The notes: generated from the sequence alone by a model not told the origin. Positions 1-9,687 are shown, counted from the stretch's first letter. The stretch is 64,000 nucleotides of DNA from Candidatus Latescibacterota bacterium (GCA_965215195.1 CBDCDC010000001.1:256001-320000); one strand, 5' to 3'. A program made the numbers and translations.

Positions 1-2908
1 CGGCGTGGTGCGGCTCGACGAGCGCTTCCCAATAGGCGACCGCGAGGCCCTCGACGTCACGGTCATCGGCACCGACAAGAGCCAGGGCTACCGGCCTCCG
101 CCCGGCGTGAAGATTCGCCGCAACGTGCAGTCGCGCACCCGCGAACGCGAGCAGTCCCTCGTGCTGGCCTACGAAAACCTGGAGCCGGGACACCAGATGT
201 CGGCGACTAGAATCCTCACCCAAGCGGCCAATTACACCAGCTACGAGCGGCTGCGCATGTACGTGTATGGCGACTCAACCGAGACCATTGAATACGCGCA
301 CGGCGATTCGAGCGACTTGGTGCTCTTCGTGCGCTTTGGCGTGGATTCGACCAACTACTACGAGGCCATCAGCCCCATCTTCCCGGGCTGGACGGGCGGG
401 CGCAAGGGCTGGAAGGGCAATCACGTAGATGTGGATCTGCCGGTCATCTCCCAGCTCAAGGCCCTGCTGCAATCCGGGCGGGCCGACACCACCAGCGGCG
501 AGTTCTACTACACCTACCGGGTAATTGACCCGCGCGGGGCACCGCTAGACGGCAAGACCGCGATCGCCCAACGCGAGCTGGAAGCACTCCACGCGGCCGG
601 CTACGACCCCCAAGTCGAGGTCTTTTCCCTAGATCAGGTCTTTGCGCGGTCGGGCCTGCGCAGCGGCGAGCAAGCCATTTACCGGGTGCGGGGCAATCCG
701 TCGATGCAGTCGATCAAACAACTGAGCATCGGCCTGCGCAACCGGGCCGCAAACCGCGCGTACAGCGGCCGCATCTTCCTCAACGAGCTGCGCCTCGACG
801 AGGCGCGCAACGACCCCGGGCTGGCCGCGTACGCCCATCTCAACACCAAGTTAGCTGACTTTGCCAACCTCGGCGGCAACGTGCTGTGGCGGCAGGAAAA
901 TTTCCGCAGCTTTACCGGCCAAGGAGGCAACAGCACGGACCGCGAAGCCGCGCTGTCGGTCTCCACCAACGCGCAAAAGCTCCTGCCGAGTAGCTGGGGG
1001 GTTTTGATCCCGCTCAAGGTGAACCTCAGCCGCACGACCAGCTTGCCGCGCTTCGGCCCCGGGTCGGACGTGGAGCTGACCGCCGAAGAGAAGCTGGAGC
1101 AACAGGCCGTCCGCTCCAAGGAGTTCTACGACGTGTCCATCAGCCGGCGGCAGGGCAAAAACTTCCTCTTGCGCTGGACCCTCGACCAGATGAACCTGCG
1201 GCTGTCGCATTCGCGCGAACACAGCTCGGACCCGGTGCGCCCGATCAACGAGCGCGAGGCCCAGACCATGAGCTTCAACTACAGCATGCCCCTGCCCAAG
1301 CCGGCGCTGCGGATCATGGGCTGGCTGCCGACGTTCATGCCCAAGAGCTGGGCCCAGATGCAGTTCCGCCCGCTACCTGCGAGCCTGACCTACGCGGTCA
1401 ACGGCAGCCGGCGCACCTCGCGGCTGCTGCGCCGCGGCGACGCCGCGCCGACCGCGCAGGAGGACTTCGCGCTCGTGGAAACCTATGCCTCTAAGCTCAA
1501 TCCGCTCTCCGGTCTATCGGCCAACTACAACCTCAAGATCGATCGAGACTTGCGGAAAAAATTCGCCCTCGACAAGCGGAGCTTTGGGCGCGAGGTCGGG
1601 CGCAAACAAACGGCCGACCTCAGTCTTTCGCTGCGCTTGGTCTCGTGGCTGGATCAAAACTACACCTTCAAGGCCAATTACGGAGAGCAGAACGACCCAG
1701 CGCAGCGGCGCGGGGTGGCCCCGATCGATTCGGTCAGCGGCCTGCCGTTCAAGACCCTTGACATCGACAACCAGAACGATCTCTCCGCACGCCTCAATCT
1801 CAAAATTCCGACCCTGCTCAAGAACTTGGGCAAGTCTGCGGGGCAAAGCCGCAAGGCGCAGCCGCGCGACGACCGCAAGCGAAATCGGGACGCAGACGAG
1901 GACGCGCCAACCGCAAAAGACGACCAAGCCGAGCCGCCAAAAGGCCCCAATATCCTCCGCCGCCTCGCCGGGTGGACCGGCCGCCTCGTCGAGCCGGTCA
2001 ATGCCAGTTGGCGGCGCAATGCCAACTCGCGCCACTTCAACTTGCTGCGCCGGCCCTCGCTTTCCTATCAACTCGGCCTCGATGACACCCTGCGGGTGCG
2101 GCAAGTGACCCAAGGGCTGACCCATCAAGACAACTGGTCGCACACGGCCTCGTTTGAGACCGGCTCGGGGATGCGGTTGCCCTTTGGCATCAGCGTCAAG
2201 GTCAACTCCAAGGAGCAGACCACACAGCGCAGCGGCGCTTCGCAGCAACGGCTGCGCCTGCGCCACGAGCGGACGTACCCGCGCTTGAGCCTTAGCTGGG
2301 GGCGCGCCGACCGGCTTCCCTTGATAAAGCGAGTGATCAACAGCGCGCAGGTAAACGCGAGTTTTGAGACCTCGGAGGGCAGCGAGGGCGAGGGTAGCCT
2401 CGCGCCCGGGCACCTGCTCTCTGAGGAGACCAAGACCGAGTTCAGAGCGTCGTGGAACGGCCGTTGGCGCTGGGGGCCGACGACGACCATCGAGCGCGTG
2501 ATCTCCATTGCGGAGAGCCGAGATTTTGAACCAACCGCAGAGGGCGACAACGGCACGCAGCGCCTGCGCGGCACCCGCGACCAAGAGCGCGTGGCCACCA
2601 CGTTCAAGATCACTCATAACCTCAAGCCGCGGCGGCTGCCCCTGATAGGCCGACTCAAGAGCGACGTCACGCTCAACTTGGAACAGAAGTTTGAAAGAGA
2701 AACGCGCTCCATCGCCACAGGTGACGAAACGCGCGTCCCCAACGACAAAACGAATAGCTGGCGCACGCAGTTGTCCATGACCTACAACTTCAGTGCGAAC
2801 TTCCGCGGCGAGGGGCGGATTCGCATTGAGAACAAAAAAGACCACATCAGAGTCAAGACGAGGAAAATCCGCGAGGTGCGGCTTTCGGGCACGTTCTTCC
2901 TCCGCTGA
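1..2908 (+). CDS. sprA: SprA/Sov-like large outer-membrane beta-barrel protein (T9SS translocon family), 5'-truncated by window edge
   Basis: Motifs LVLAYENL, YERLRMYVYG, LFVRFGVDSTNYYE, GNPSMQSIKQLSIGLRN, IFLNELRL resemble SprA repeats; amphipathic beta-strand-rich C-terminus ending GTFFLR; frame open from window start. Confidence 0.8.
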   Translation, partial: GVVRLDERFPIGDREALDVTVIGTDKSQGYRPPPGVKIRRNVQSRTREREQSLVLAYENLEPGHQMSATRILTQAANYTSYERLRMYVYGDSTETIEYAHGDSSDLVLFVRFGVDSTNYYEAISPIFPGWTGGRKGWKGNHVDVDLPVISQLKALLQSGRADTTSGEFYYTYRVIDPRGAPLDGKTAIAQRELEALHAAGYDPQVEVFSLDQVFARSGLRSGEQAIYRVRGNPSMQSIKQLSIGLRNRAANRAYSGRIFLNELRLDEARNDPGLAAYAHLNTKLADFANLGGNVLWRQENFRSFTGQGGNSTDREAALSVSTNAQKLLPSSWGVLIPLKVNLSRTTSLPRFGPGSDVELTAEEKLEQQAVRSKEFYDVSISRRQGKNFLLRWTLDQMNLRLSHSREHSSDPVRPINEREAQTMSFNYSMPLPKPALRIMGWLPTFMPKSWAQMQFRPLPASLTYAVNGSRRTSRLLRRGDAAPTAQEDFALVETYASKLNPLSGLSANYNLKIDRDLRKKFALDKRSFGREVGRKQTADLSLSLRLVSWLDQNYTFKANYGEQNDPAQRRGVAPIDSVSGLPFKTLDIDNQNDLSARLNLKIPTLLKNLGKSAGQSRKAQPRDDRKRNRDADEDAPTAKDDQAEPPKGPNILRRLAGWTGRLVEPVNASWRRNANSRHFNLLRRPSLSYQLGLDDTLRVRQVTQGLTHQDNWSHTASFETGSGMRLPFGISVKVNSKEQTTQRSGASQQRLRLRHERTYPRLSLSWGRADRLPLIKRVINSAQVNASFETSEGSEGEGSLAPGHLLSEETKTEFRASWNGRWRWGPTTTIERVISIAESRDFEPTAEGDNGTQRLRGTRDQERVATTFKITHNLKPRRLPLIGRLKSDVTLNLEQKFERETRSIATGDETRVPNDKTNSWRTQLSMTYNFSANFRGEGRIRIENKKDHIRVKTRKIREVRLSGTFFLR

Positions 2909-2940
2909 GCGTATTGCTCGGCGCGGCTGCGGGAGATATT

Positions 2941-3306
2941 TTGTTTAATCGACGCGAGCAACGCGCTCTTATCGGCCTAGCGGCGGCCCTGCTCCTAGGG
3001 ATGCTCGTCGCCGTAAGCGATTGGTATCGCCCATCGCATTCAGAGGAATTCAGCGTCGTGCCGCGCGCGGTCGCTCCGCCGCCACCACTCGAAGTGGTAG
3101 TAGCCGAGCAGGGGCCGCTGTCGCTCAATTCGGCTACGGTCGCCGAGTTAGTCGCGCTGCCGGCAATCGGCCCCAAGATCGCCGAGCGGATCGCGGCCTT
3201 CCGCCGCGAGCGCGGTCCGTTCAAGCGGCTGGAGCAGCTAACCGAAGTCAATGGCATCGGCGCGAAGACGCTAGAAAAGCTCCGTCCTTTGCTCACAGTG
3301 GAGTAG
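2941..3306 (+). CDS. comEA: ComEA-family helix-hairpin-helix DNA-binding protein
   Basis: N-terminal TM, then LSLNSATVAELVALPAIGPKIAERI...GPFKRLEQLTEVNGIGAKTLEKL; TTG start after GGGAGA. Confidence 0.9.
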   Translation: MFNRREQRALIGLAAALLLGMLVAVSDWYRPSHSEEFSVVPRAVAPPPPLEVVVAEQGPLSLNSATVAELVALPAIGPKIAERIAAFRRERGPFKRLEQLTEVNGIGAKTLEKLRPLLTVE

Positions 3307-3328
3307 CGGCGCACTCCACAGGAAGGGG

Positions 3329-4222
3329 TTGGGATTGTTTGGATTTGGCAGGACAAAGGCCACCGGGATCCACATCAGCGGCCAGACCGTGCGCGTCGCC
3401 GCCCTAGACGCTGGGCGCACTGGCATCCGGCCGCTGGTCTTGGCAGCCGACGAACTGGAGCGGCCCTTCGACCCGGTGGCCCTGAGCGACGAGCAGCCAC
3501 GGCAAGCGCTAGCCGCCAAGTTGGTCTCACTCGCGGCCACGTACAACTTTGACTACAGCAACGCCTGTTTCTCGCTGGACCGGCGCTTGGGTCTCATTCA
3601 GCGCCGGCCCCTCCTAGCGGGGACTGCGCGCGAAAACCGCGAACAACTCCTGTGGGAATCCGAGCAGATTTTGGCCGGAGACGCACAGGCATTTAGCTGC
3701 GATTTTGCCCTGACCTCCCAGTGGGCCTTTGTGGTGGCAGCGCGCCACCGCGCCCTCGACTGCTACCGCGTCCTAGGCAAGGAGACCGCGGTCGGTCAGC
3801 TCGACGTGGATCTAGTGCCTTTTGCCCTGTACAACGCCAGCGAATGCGCCAACCTGTTCGCCCAAGATAAGTTCTCGCTCCTGCTCTATGCGGATGTGGG
3901 CGAGGCTTGGTTCCTCCTAATAGAGGAAGGCGAGCTGTCCGCGCTGGCCAGTTGCGTCTGGGAGGGAGAGGACGCTGCGCCCGAAGCCCTAGAAGGCGCG
4001 GCGCACAAGCTGCTGAGCGAGGACCGCAGCGGCCTCCAGCGCCTGTGGGGCGCCGGCGTCGTGTATTGGAGCGAGGGCTTGGCCGCGCATTTGGGAGTGC
4101 CGCATTCAATCCTCGATCCACTCGCCGCGGTCAATCCCAAGCTGCTCGGCAGCGCCACGCCCGCGCAGCGATCCGCCTATGCCATTGCCGTGGGGCTGGC
4201 TCAGCGGGGGTTGACGCGATGA
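3329..4222 (+). CDS. pilM: PilM-like actin-fold type IV pilus assembly protein (divergent)
   Basis: GIHISGQTVRVA start, DLVPFALYNA, C-terminal YAIAVGLAQRG; ATGA overlap with next gene. Confidence 0.7.
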   Translation: MGLFGFGRTKATGIHISGQTVRVAALDAGRTGIRPLVLAADELERPFDPVALSDEQPRQALAAKLVSLAATYNFDYSNACFSLDRRLGLIQRRPLLAGTARENREQLLWESEQILAGDAQAFSCDFALTSQWAFVVAARHRALDCYRVLGKETAVGQLDVDLVPFALYNASECANLFAQDKFSLLLYADVGEAWFLLIEEGELSALASCVWEGEDAAPEALEGAAHKLLSEDRSGLQRLWGAGVVYWSEGLAAHLGVPHSILDPLAAVNPKLLGSATPAQRSAYAIAVGLAQRGLTR

Positions 4223-5250
4223 TCCGCGTCGAACTGCTCGGCCAGCGGCGGTCGCCTTGGGCAAAAGCCTTGCTTTCGGCCTTGGTCGTTTGTGGGGGAC
4301 TATACGGGATTCACCGGCTCTTTCCCGCACTGGCGGGGTCGCTTTTCAGCGCGGATTCTGCCTTCACTCCCGTGGCCCAGCAAGAGACCACCGTACCTGC
4401 CAAACCTGTGGAGCGGCGAGAGACCGACCCTAGCCCGGGGCAAGAGCTCGCGCCCAAGCCCGGTGTGCAACAAGAAGCCACGCCAACCCCCGTCCAAGAG
4501 ACCGCGCCCAAGCCCGATGTGCAACAAAGCTCACAAGAGACCGCGCCCAAGCCCGATGTGCAACAAGAAGCCACGCCCAGCCCCGTACAAGAGACCGCGC
4601 CCCAGCCCGCGGCCCAGCAAGAGGCTACGCCAACCCCCGCCGTGCAGCGCGAGGCCGCACCCCGTCCCACCACACCGGCCCCGACATCGCCCCAGCGCAA
4701 CACGGCCTGCCACCAAGTCATGCGGATAGACGAACAGGTTCCCGCCGGGATTCGCGTGGCTTCGCTGAATTGCAACTCAACCGGGGAGTATTGGCTGGAG
4801 GGAACCAGCCCTTCGCACAAAGTACTGCGCACCTTCAGGCTTCGCTTGCAGGCATTGCCATCGCAGGTTTCGTTTTCGGTTTGGCGGGAGGGGCGCGCTC
4901 TGCGCTTTGCATTCCAAGGCCGCTTTGCCGAGCAGGGTGCCCTCCCACTGGCCGCCCTCTCGTCGGACCAAGCAGAGCAATTCTTCGGCAAGGTGGCCCG
5001 CTGGGCCGACGCCAGCGGCCTAGACAGCCTGTCGATCCACGCGCCGATCCACACGCGCACTCACCAGCGGCAAAAATTGCGCGGCCTTGGGTCCCCTCAG
5101 CAGATCAGTGCCTTCTTGCACCAGTTGCAACAGGCCGAGGCGGTCGCGACCCTCGGCGAGGTTTTGCTCATGCCCGTCCAAAGCGACGAGCGCGGCTGGG
5201 TCAAAGCGCGGCTCTACGCGGCCGTGGACATCTTAGTACAAGCACCCTGA
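4219..5250 (+). CDS. PilN/PilO-like membrane-anchored protein with Pro/Gln/Thr-rich linker
   Basis: ATG overlaps pilM stop; MIRVELLG start and TM; VPAGIRVASL...WLEGTS (PilN-like) and GSPQQISAFLHQL (PilO-like). Confidence 0.55.
   Translation: MIRVELLGQRRSPWAKALLSALVVCGGLYGIHRLFPALAGSLFSADSAFTPVAQQETTVPAKPVERRETDPSPGQELAPKPGVQQEATPTPVQETAPKPDVQQSSQETAPKPDVQQEATPSPVQETAPQPAAQQEATPTPAVQREAAPRPTTPAPTSPQRNTACHQVMRIDEQVPAGIRVASLNCNSTGEYWLEGTSPSHKVLRTFRLRLQALPSQVSFSVWREGRALRFAFQGRFAEQGALPLAALSSDQAEQFFGKVARWADASGLDSLSIHAPIHTRTHQRQKLRGLGSPQQISAFLHQLQQAEAVATLGEVLLMPVQSDERGWVKARLYAAVDILVQAP
4441..4652 (+). repeat. Imperfect tandem repeats encoding QETAPKPDVQQ / QEATPTPV
   Basis: Recurring CAAGAGACCGCGCCCAAGCCCGATGTGCAACAA and CAAGAAGCCACGCC units. 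Confidence 0.85.
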
Positions 5251-5744
5251 TGAACAACGTTGCAGACGCGGCCATCTATCCCGGCAGCTTCGACCCCATC
5301 ACCTTCGGCCACCTGAACATCCTAGAGCGGGCCTTGGGCATCTTCTCCCAAGTCACCCTGCTGGTGGCGGTCAATCCCAACAAAGAGCCGCTCTTTTCGC
5401 TGGAGGAGAGCCGGGCGATGATCTCCGAAGCCATTAGCCACTGGCCCCAAGCCAAAGTCGATTTTCACGATGGCCTGACCGTTGACTATGCGCGGCAGCA
5501 CAACATACGCACGGCCGTGCGGGGCCTGCGGGCAGTGACCGACTTTGAGCACGAGTTTGCCATGGCCTTGACCAACCGCTCGCTGTGGCCGGAGTTCGAC
5601 ACGGTCTTTCTAATGACCAAGGCCGAGTACATGTATCTCAGCTCGTCGGTCGTGCGCCAAGTGGCGCAAATGGGCGGGCCGGTGCGCCAGTTCGTGCCGG
5701 CGTGTATTGAGCGAAGCCTGCGGGAGAAATTCCAAAATGCCTGA
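5250..5744 (+). CDS. coaD: Phosphopantetheine adenylyltransferase
   Basis: AIYPGSFDPITFGHLNI, VRGLRAVTDFEHE, LSSSVVRQVA; TGATG overlap with upstream gene. Confidence 0.97.
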   Translation: MNNVADAAIYPGSFDPITFGHLNILERALGIFSQVTLLVAVNPNKEPLFSLEESRAMISEAISHWPQAKVDFHDGLTVDYARQHNIRTAVRGLRAVTDFEHEFAMALTNRSLWPEFDTVFLMTKAEYMYLSSSVVRQVAQMGGPVRQFVPACIERSLREKFQNA

Positions 5745-6819
5745 GTCCCAGCGCGAAGTGCAGGCACTCCTCGCCCTGAGCCAAGCCGAGCGGCTCGGGC
5801 GCGTGCGGCGCTTGCTCGCCCACTTTGGCTCGGCGCAAGAAGCCCTTGCGGCCGCAGATTGGACTGCAGCCGTGGGATCCCGCGCACCCGAGCAGCGTCC
5901 GACGCAAGCCAACTTCGCTTGGGCCGCCGCGCAGTGGCAAAGGCTCTGCGCGGCCGGCGGCCGCTGCCTAGCTCCGGGAGACGCGCACTATCCCCAACTA
6001 CTGAGCCAAATCGCCGCGCCGCCCCCGGTGCTGTTTGCGTTGGGGCCGGACGACTTGGCCCCTCCCACCGTGGCCATCGTCGGCTCGCGCAAGGCATCCG
6101 ATGGCGGCAAGCTAATCGCCGGCGAGCTGGCCCGCGGCCTAGTGGCGCAAGGCGTCTGCATCGTCAGCGGCTTGGCTTTCGGCATCGACGGGGCCGCCCA
6201 CGAGGCCGCGCTCGCGGCCGGCGGGCGCACCATCGCCGTGCTGGGCTGCGGGGCCGACGTGCCCTATCCCCGAGTCCACACCCAGCTCTACCGCCAAATC
6301 CGCGAACGCGGCGCCCTCGTCTCCGAGTTTGCTTGGGGGGCGCAGCCCGAGCGGGGGGCCTTCCCGCGCCGCAACCGCATCATCAGCGGGCTGAGCTTGG
6401 GGGTGGTCATCGTCGAGGCTCCGCAAAAGAGCGGCGCACTGATTACGGTGCAACACGCACTCGATCAAAACCGCGAGGTCTTCGCCGTGCCCGGAGACGT
6501 GCGCTCGGGCCGCAACGCGGGCTGCCACCAGCTCATCAAAGACGGGGCGAAATTGGTGGAGGATGTGGAGGACGTGCTAGAGGAATTGGCCGCGTGGGCG
6601 GCACCGCGCCTGCAACCCGACCCCGCGCCCGCGCCCGCTCTTCCCCCGGAGGAAGAGCGCGTCTATGCCCTGCTCTCGCGCCAACCCCGGCACATCGACG
6701 AACTCGCCCAAGACAGCGCCCTGCCGCCCGCGACCCTGCTCGACGTACTGCTGCGGTTGGAACTCGACGGGCTGGTGGACCAGCTCGCGGGCAAGCGATT
6801 TTTGCGGCGAGCGGGGTAA
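5737..6819 (+). CDS. dprA: DNA-processing protein DprA
   Basis: VAIVGSR, IVSGLAFGIDGAAH, FPRRNRIISGLS, SGALIT, REVFAVPG; C-terminal winged helix. Confidence 0.96.
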   Translation: MPESQREVQALLALSQAERLGRVRRLLAHFGSAQEALAAADWTAAVGSRAPEQRPTQANFAWAAAQWQRLCAAGGRCLAPGDAHYPQLLSQIAAPPPVLFALGPDDLAPPTVAIVGSRKASDGGKLIAGELARGLVAQGVCIVSGLAFGIDGAAHEAALAAGGRTIAVLGCGADVPYPRVHTQLYRQIRERGALVSEFAWGAQPERGAFPRRNRIISGLSLGVVIVEAPQKSGALITVQHALDQNREVFAVPGDVRSGRNAGCHQLIKDGAKLVEDVEDVLEELAAWAAPRLQPDPAPAPALPPEEERVYALLSRQPRHIDELAQDSALPPATLLDVLLRLELDGLVDQLAGKRFLRRAG

Positions 6820-6941
6820 TCCCACCCATCCGCCGTCATTTGCGTATCGGCCGATTGCACGGCCTTGTCGGCAACAGATTCTTCACTTCACCGCGCCTTG
6901 TGCAATTTTGTGAATAACGCAGGATGGCTATGCGGCCGCGG

Positions 6942-7085
6942 CTAGTCGTCCGAGTGCCCGATCTGCAAAGGTTCGTCGCGGTGAGATTTGGATTTGGCGC
7001 GAAAAAAAGGCCGCGTCAAACGCCACAGCACATACGCTGCGGCGAGCGCGGCAAGGGCGACGGCCACCGGCGTTTGCCAGTCCAT
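6942..7085 (-). CDS. Small FeoB-associated membrane peptide
   Basis: MDWQTPVAVALAALAAAYVLWRL single TM; ATG 1 nt after feoB stop. Confidence 0.65.
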   Translation of the reverse strand: MDWQTPVAVALAALAAAYVLWRLTRPFFRAKSKSHRDEPLQIGHSDD

Positions 7086-7086
7086 T

Positions 7087-9219
7087 TCAAAAGCCCAAGG
7101 CCGTGCCAGCTTGGTACGTGGCCAGCGCACCGACGTAAGCGAGGGTCGTCATATAGCCAAAGCTGAACAGGGACCAGCCATAGGAGCCGGTCTCTTTTTT
7201 TATGACGACCAAGGTCGAGAGGCACTGGGCGCAGAGAGCGAAGAAGACCATGATCGACAGCGCGACCGGCAGGGTGTAAATCGGGCGACCATCCGGCCAA
7301 GTAGCCGCGGCCAAGGTCGTGCGCAGGCTCTCGGAGCCTTCGTCCTCGCCCGCGCCGAGGCTGTAGATGGTGCCCAAGGCCGAGATGATGACTTCGCGGG
7401 CCGGGAAGGAAGCGATGACCGCCATGCCAATGCGCCAGTCCCATCCCAAAGGACGCACGGCCGGCGCGACCCAGTGCCCGGCTTGGCCGAGATAGCTGTT
7501 TTCCACCAGCTCGGCCGCTTGGCGCTTTTCCAAGGCGTCAAGGGCTTCAGGCGCAACCGCTTGGCGCTCAACTTGGTGGCGCTCGATCGCAGCTTCCGAG
7601 CGCGGGAAGTACGCCAGCGCCCACATCACAACAGTCGTCGCCAAAATGAGGCTGCCGGCGCGGACGACAAAGGCGCGGCCGCTGTGGTACACGCGCAGCA
7701 GCACCGTGCGCAGATCGGGCGTCTTGTACGAAGGCAGCTCCAGCAGAAAGGGCGGGGCATCGCCGCTGAGCAAGGTCCGCTTGAGCAACCAAGCCACCGG
7801 GATGGCGACGAGCGCACCGAGGCAATAGAAGGCGAGCAGGGTCAGGGCCTGCAAGCCGATGATTCCACCCCACAGCGGGCGGTCTGGAACAAAGGCCCCG
7901 ATGAAGAGCACGTACACCGGCAGGCGCGCCGAGCAGCTCATCAGGGGCGCGACCAAAATGGTGGCAAAGCGGTCGCGCCGGTCTTCAATGGTGCGGGCGG
8001 CCATGATGCCCGGGACGGCGCAGGCAAAGCTGGACAGCAGGGGAATGAAGGCCGTGCCAGAAAGCCCCACGCGGGTGAGCAGCCGATCCATCAACAGGGC
8101 GGCGCGGGCCATGTAGCCACTGTCTTCGAGCAGGGCAATAAAAAAGAACAGGATGGCTATCTGCGGCAGGAAGATGAGCACGCCGCCGACGCCGGCGATG
8201 AGCCCATCAACGACGAGGCTTTGCAGGGGGCCGGCCGGGATGAGTGCCGCGGCCCGGTCGCCGCAGGCGGCGAAGAGCGCGTCGACGCCATCCATCAGCG
8301 GCCCCGACCAAGTGTAAATGGCCTGAAATACCAAGACGTTGACCAGCGCAAAAATCGCCGTGCCGAAGAGGCGGTGCGCGAGAATGCGGTCGATCCGATC
8401 CGAGCGGCGGCTCTCTAGGCGGTCGGGCTGGGAAATCGCCCGCGAGAGCAGGCGGTCAATCCAAGCATAGCGGGCATTGCTTTCGAGCGCGGAAAGGGAA
8501 TCTGCGCCGGCCGTGCGCAGGTCGCGCAAGCGGGCAGCCGTGCCATCCCCAGCCGACGCCAACAAGCGGTGCTCGGCATAGCCGTCTTCATCAACTAGGG
8601 CGCGCAGGGCCTCTACCGGAGAGAGCGGCCCGGAGACCGCGGCTTGCAGGTCGGCCGTGGCGCGCTGGAGCCGGTCGGGCAGGTCCACCCGCTGCGGCCG
8701 CGCCGGCGTCGGACCCACGCTCAAAGCCGCCAACGTGCGCCGCAGCTCATCCAGCCCCTGCCGGCGGTGGGCACAGATGGGAACCACCGGCGCACCGAGC
8801 ATCTCAGACAAGGCACGGGCGTCAATGCGAATGCCGCGCCGGATTGCTATATCCCCCATGTTGAGGGCTACGACCAAGGGCAAATCTATTTCCGCAAGCT
8901 GGGAAACCAAGTAGAGGTTGCGCCGCAGGTTGCTGGCATCGACGACCGCCAAGATGCCATCTATGGGCGGCGCGTCTCGCTGTTGGCCTAAGAGCACGTC
9001 AATGGCCAGCATCTCGTCGGGCGAGTGCGCGGCGAGGCTATAGGCGCCGGGCAGGTCAATCAGGTCCAGCGCACCTTTCCCATCCAGCGTCACCGTCCCC
9101 ACTTTGTGTTCAACAGTGACGCCCGGGTAGTTACCAGCCCGCTGTGCAAGGCCGGTTAGAGCGTTGAAAAGCGTGGTCTTGCCGGTGTTGGGATTGCCAA
9201 TAAGTGCGAGGGTCCGCAC
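7087..9219 (-). CDS. feoB: Ferrous iron transporter FeoB
   Basis: GNPNTGKTT, GNYPGVTVE, DLPGAYSL, LEDSGYMARAA, SCSARLPVY. Confidence 0.97.
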   Translation of the reverse strand: MRTLALIGNPNTGKTTLFNALTGLAQRAGNYPGVTVEHKVGTVTLDGKGALDLIDLPGAYSLAAHSPDEMLAIDVLLGQQRDAPPIDGILAVVDASNLRRNLYLVSQLAEIDLPLVVALNMGDIAIRRGIRIDARALSEMLGAPVVPICAHRRQGLDELRRTLAALSVGPTPARPQRVDLPDRLQRATADLQAAVSGPLSPVEALRALVDEDGYAEHRLLASAGDGTAARLRDLRTAGADSLSALESNARYAWIDRLLSRAISQPDRLESRRSDRIDRILAHRLFGTAIFALVNVLVFQAIYTWSGPLMDGVDALFAACGDRAAALIPAGPLQSLVVDGLIAGVGGVLIFLPQIAILFFFIALLEDSGYMARAALLMDRLLTRVGLSGTAFIPLLSSFACAVPGIMAARTIEDRRDRFATILVAPLMSCSARLPVYVLFIGAFVPDRPLWGGIIGLQALTLLAFYCLGALVAIPVAWLLKRTLLSGDAPPFLLELPSYKTPDLRTVLLRVYHSGRAFVVRAGSLILATTVVMWALAYFPRSEAAIERHQVERQAVAPEALDALEKRQAAELVENSYLGQAGHWVAPAVRPLGWDWRIGMAVIASFPAREVIISALGTIYSLGAGEDEGSESLRTTLAAATWPDGRPIYTLPVALSIMVFFALCAQCLSTLVVIKKETGSYGWSLFSFGYMTTLAYVGALATYQAGTALGF

Positions 9220-9243
9220 AAGGGGCCTGCTGAGCAGGAAAAA

Positions 9244-9492
9244 CTAGGGGACGAGGCGGATGGCGGCCGCATCTGTGCGCCGGAGCGCGAGGCGGGTCTG
9301 TCCTATCTGGACGATGAGCGCGGTCCCGGAGCGCAGTACGCGCAAGTGTTCACCGGGCAAAAAGCCCAATTCGCGCAGACGGGCGGCCAAGCGCGCGGGA
9401 GCCGAGATTTCGGCGACGATGGCTTCGCTGTGCCGAGGCAGTTGCGACAAGTCGAGCGGGGCGGCTGAAGTGCGGGGATTGCGAGGTTCCAC
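9244..9492 (-). CDS. feoA: FeoA family protein
   Basis: RLRELGFLPGE...IGQTRLALRRTDA; directly upstream of feoB. Confidence 0.9.
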   Translation of the reverse strand: MEPRNPRTSAAPLDLSQLPRHSEAIVAEISAPARLAARLRELGFLPGEHLRVLRSGTALIVQIGQTRLALRRTDAAAIRLVP

Positions 9493-9528
9493 GCGATATA
9501 TCCGGCTACGTTGTTTAAGCTACTAACG

Positions 9529-9573
9529 ATATGTTTACTATACCAAACATATGTAATAAGGGCCATAAGTCAA
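9529..9573 (-). promoter_or_regulatory. feoAB promoter with overlapping palindromic operator
   Basis: Minus strand TTGACT-16-TATGTT; perfect IR ATATGTTT-N8-AAACATAT at 9529-9552 covering the -10. Confidence 0.6.
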
Positions 9574-9687
9574 TGTATTTTTTAGAAGGTTATAAAAATT
9601 GACCGGCTAGAATTCGACAAGCGATGAGGCGTTGTTCATCTTAGTTCCGATTTGCGAAACGCGGTTTTTACAGAAGGCAGGGGGGCC

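Noticed and set aside
1514-2845. 443-aa minus-strand ORF
   Set aside because: Antisense shadow of the sprA-like gene in GC-rich DNA; no motifs
3907-4218. N-terminal extension of the 447-aa ORF (also extensions of coaD, anmK, murA, transposase and Minf_1886-like ORFs)
   Set aside because: Overlap upstream genes or promoters; better starts with RBS or stop/start overlaps exist downstream
6988-8418. 476-aa plus-strand ORF
   Set aside because: Antisense to well-supported feoB; Arg/Gly-rich shadow composition
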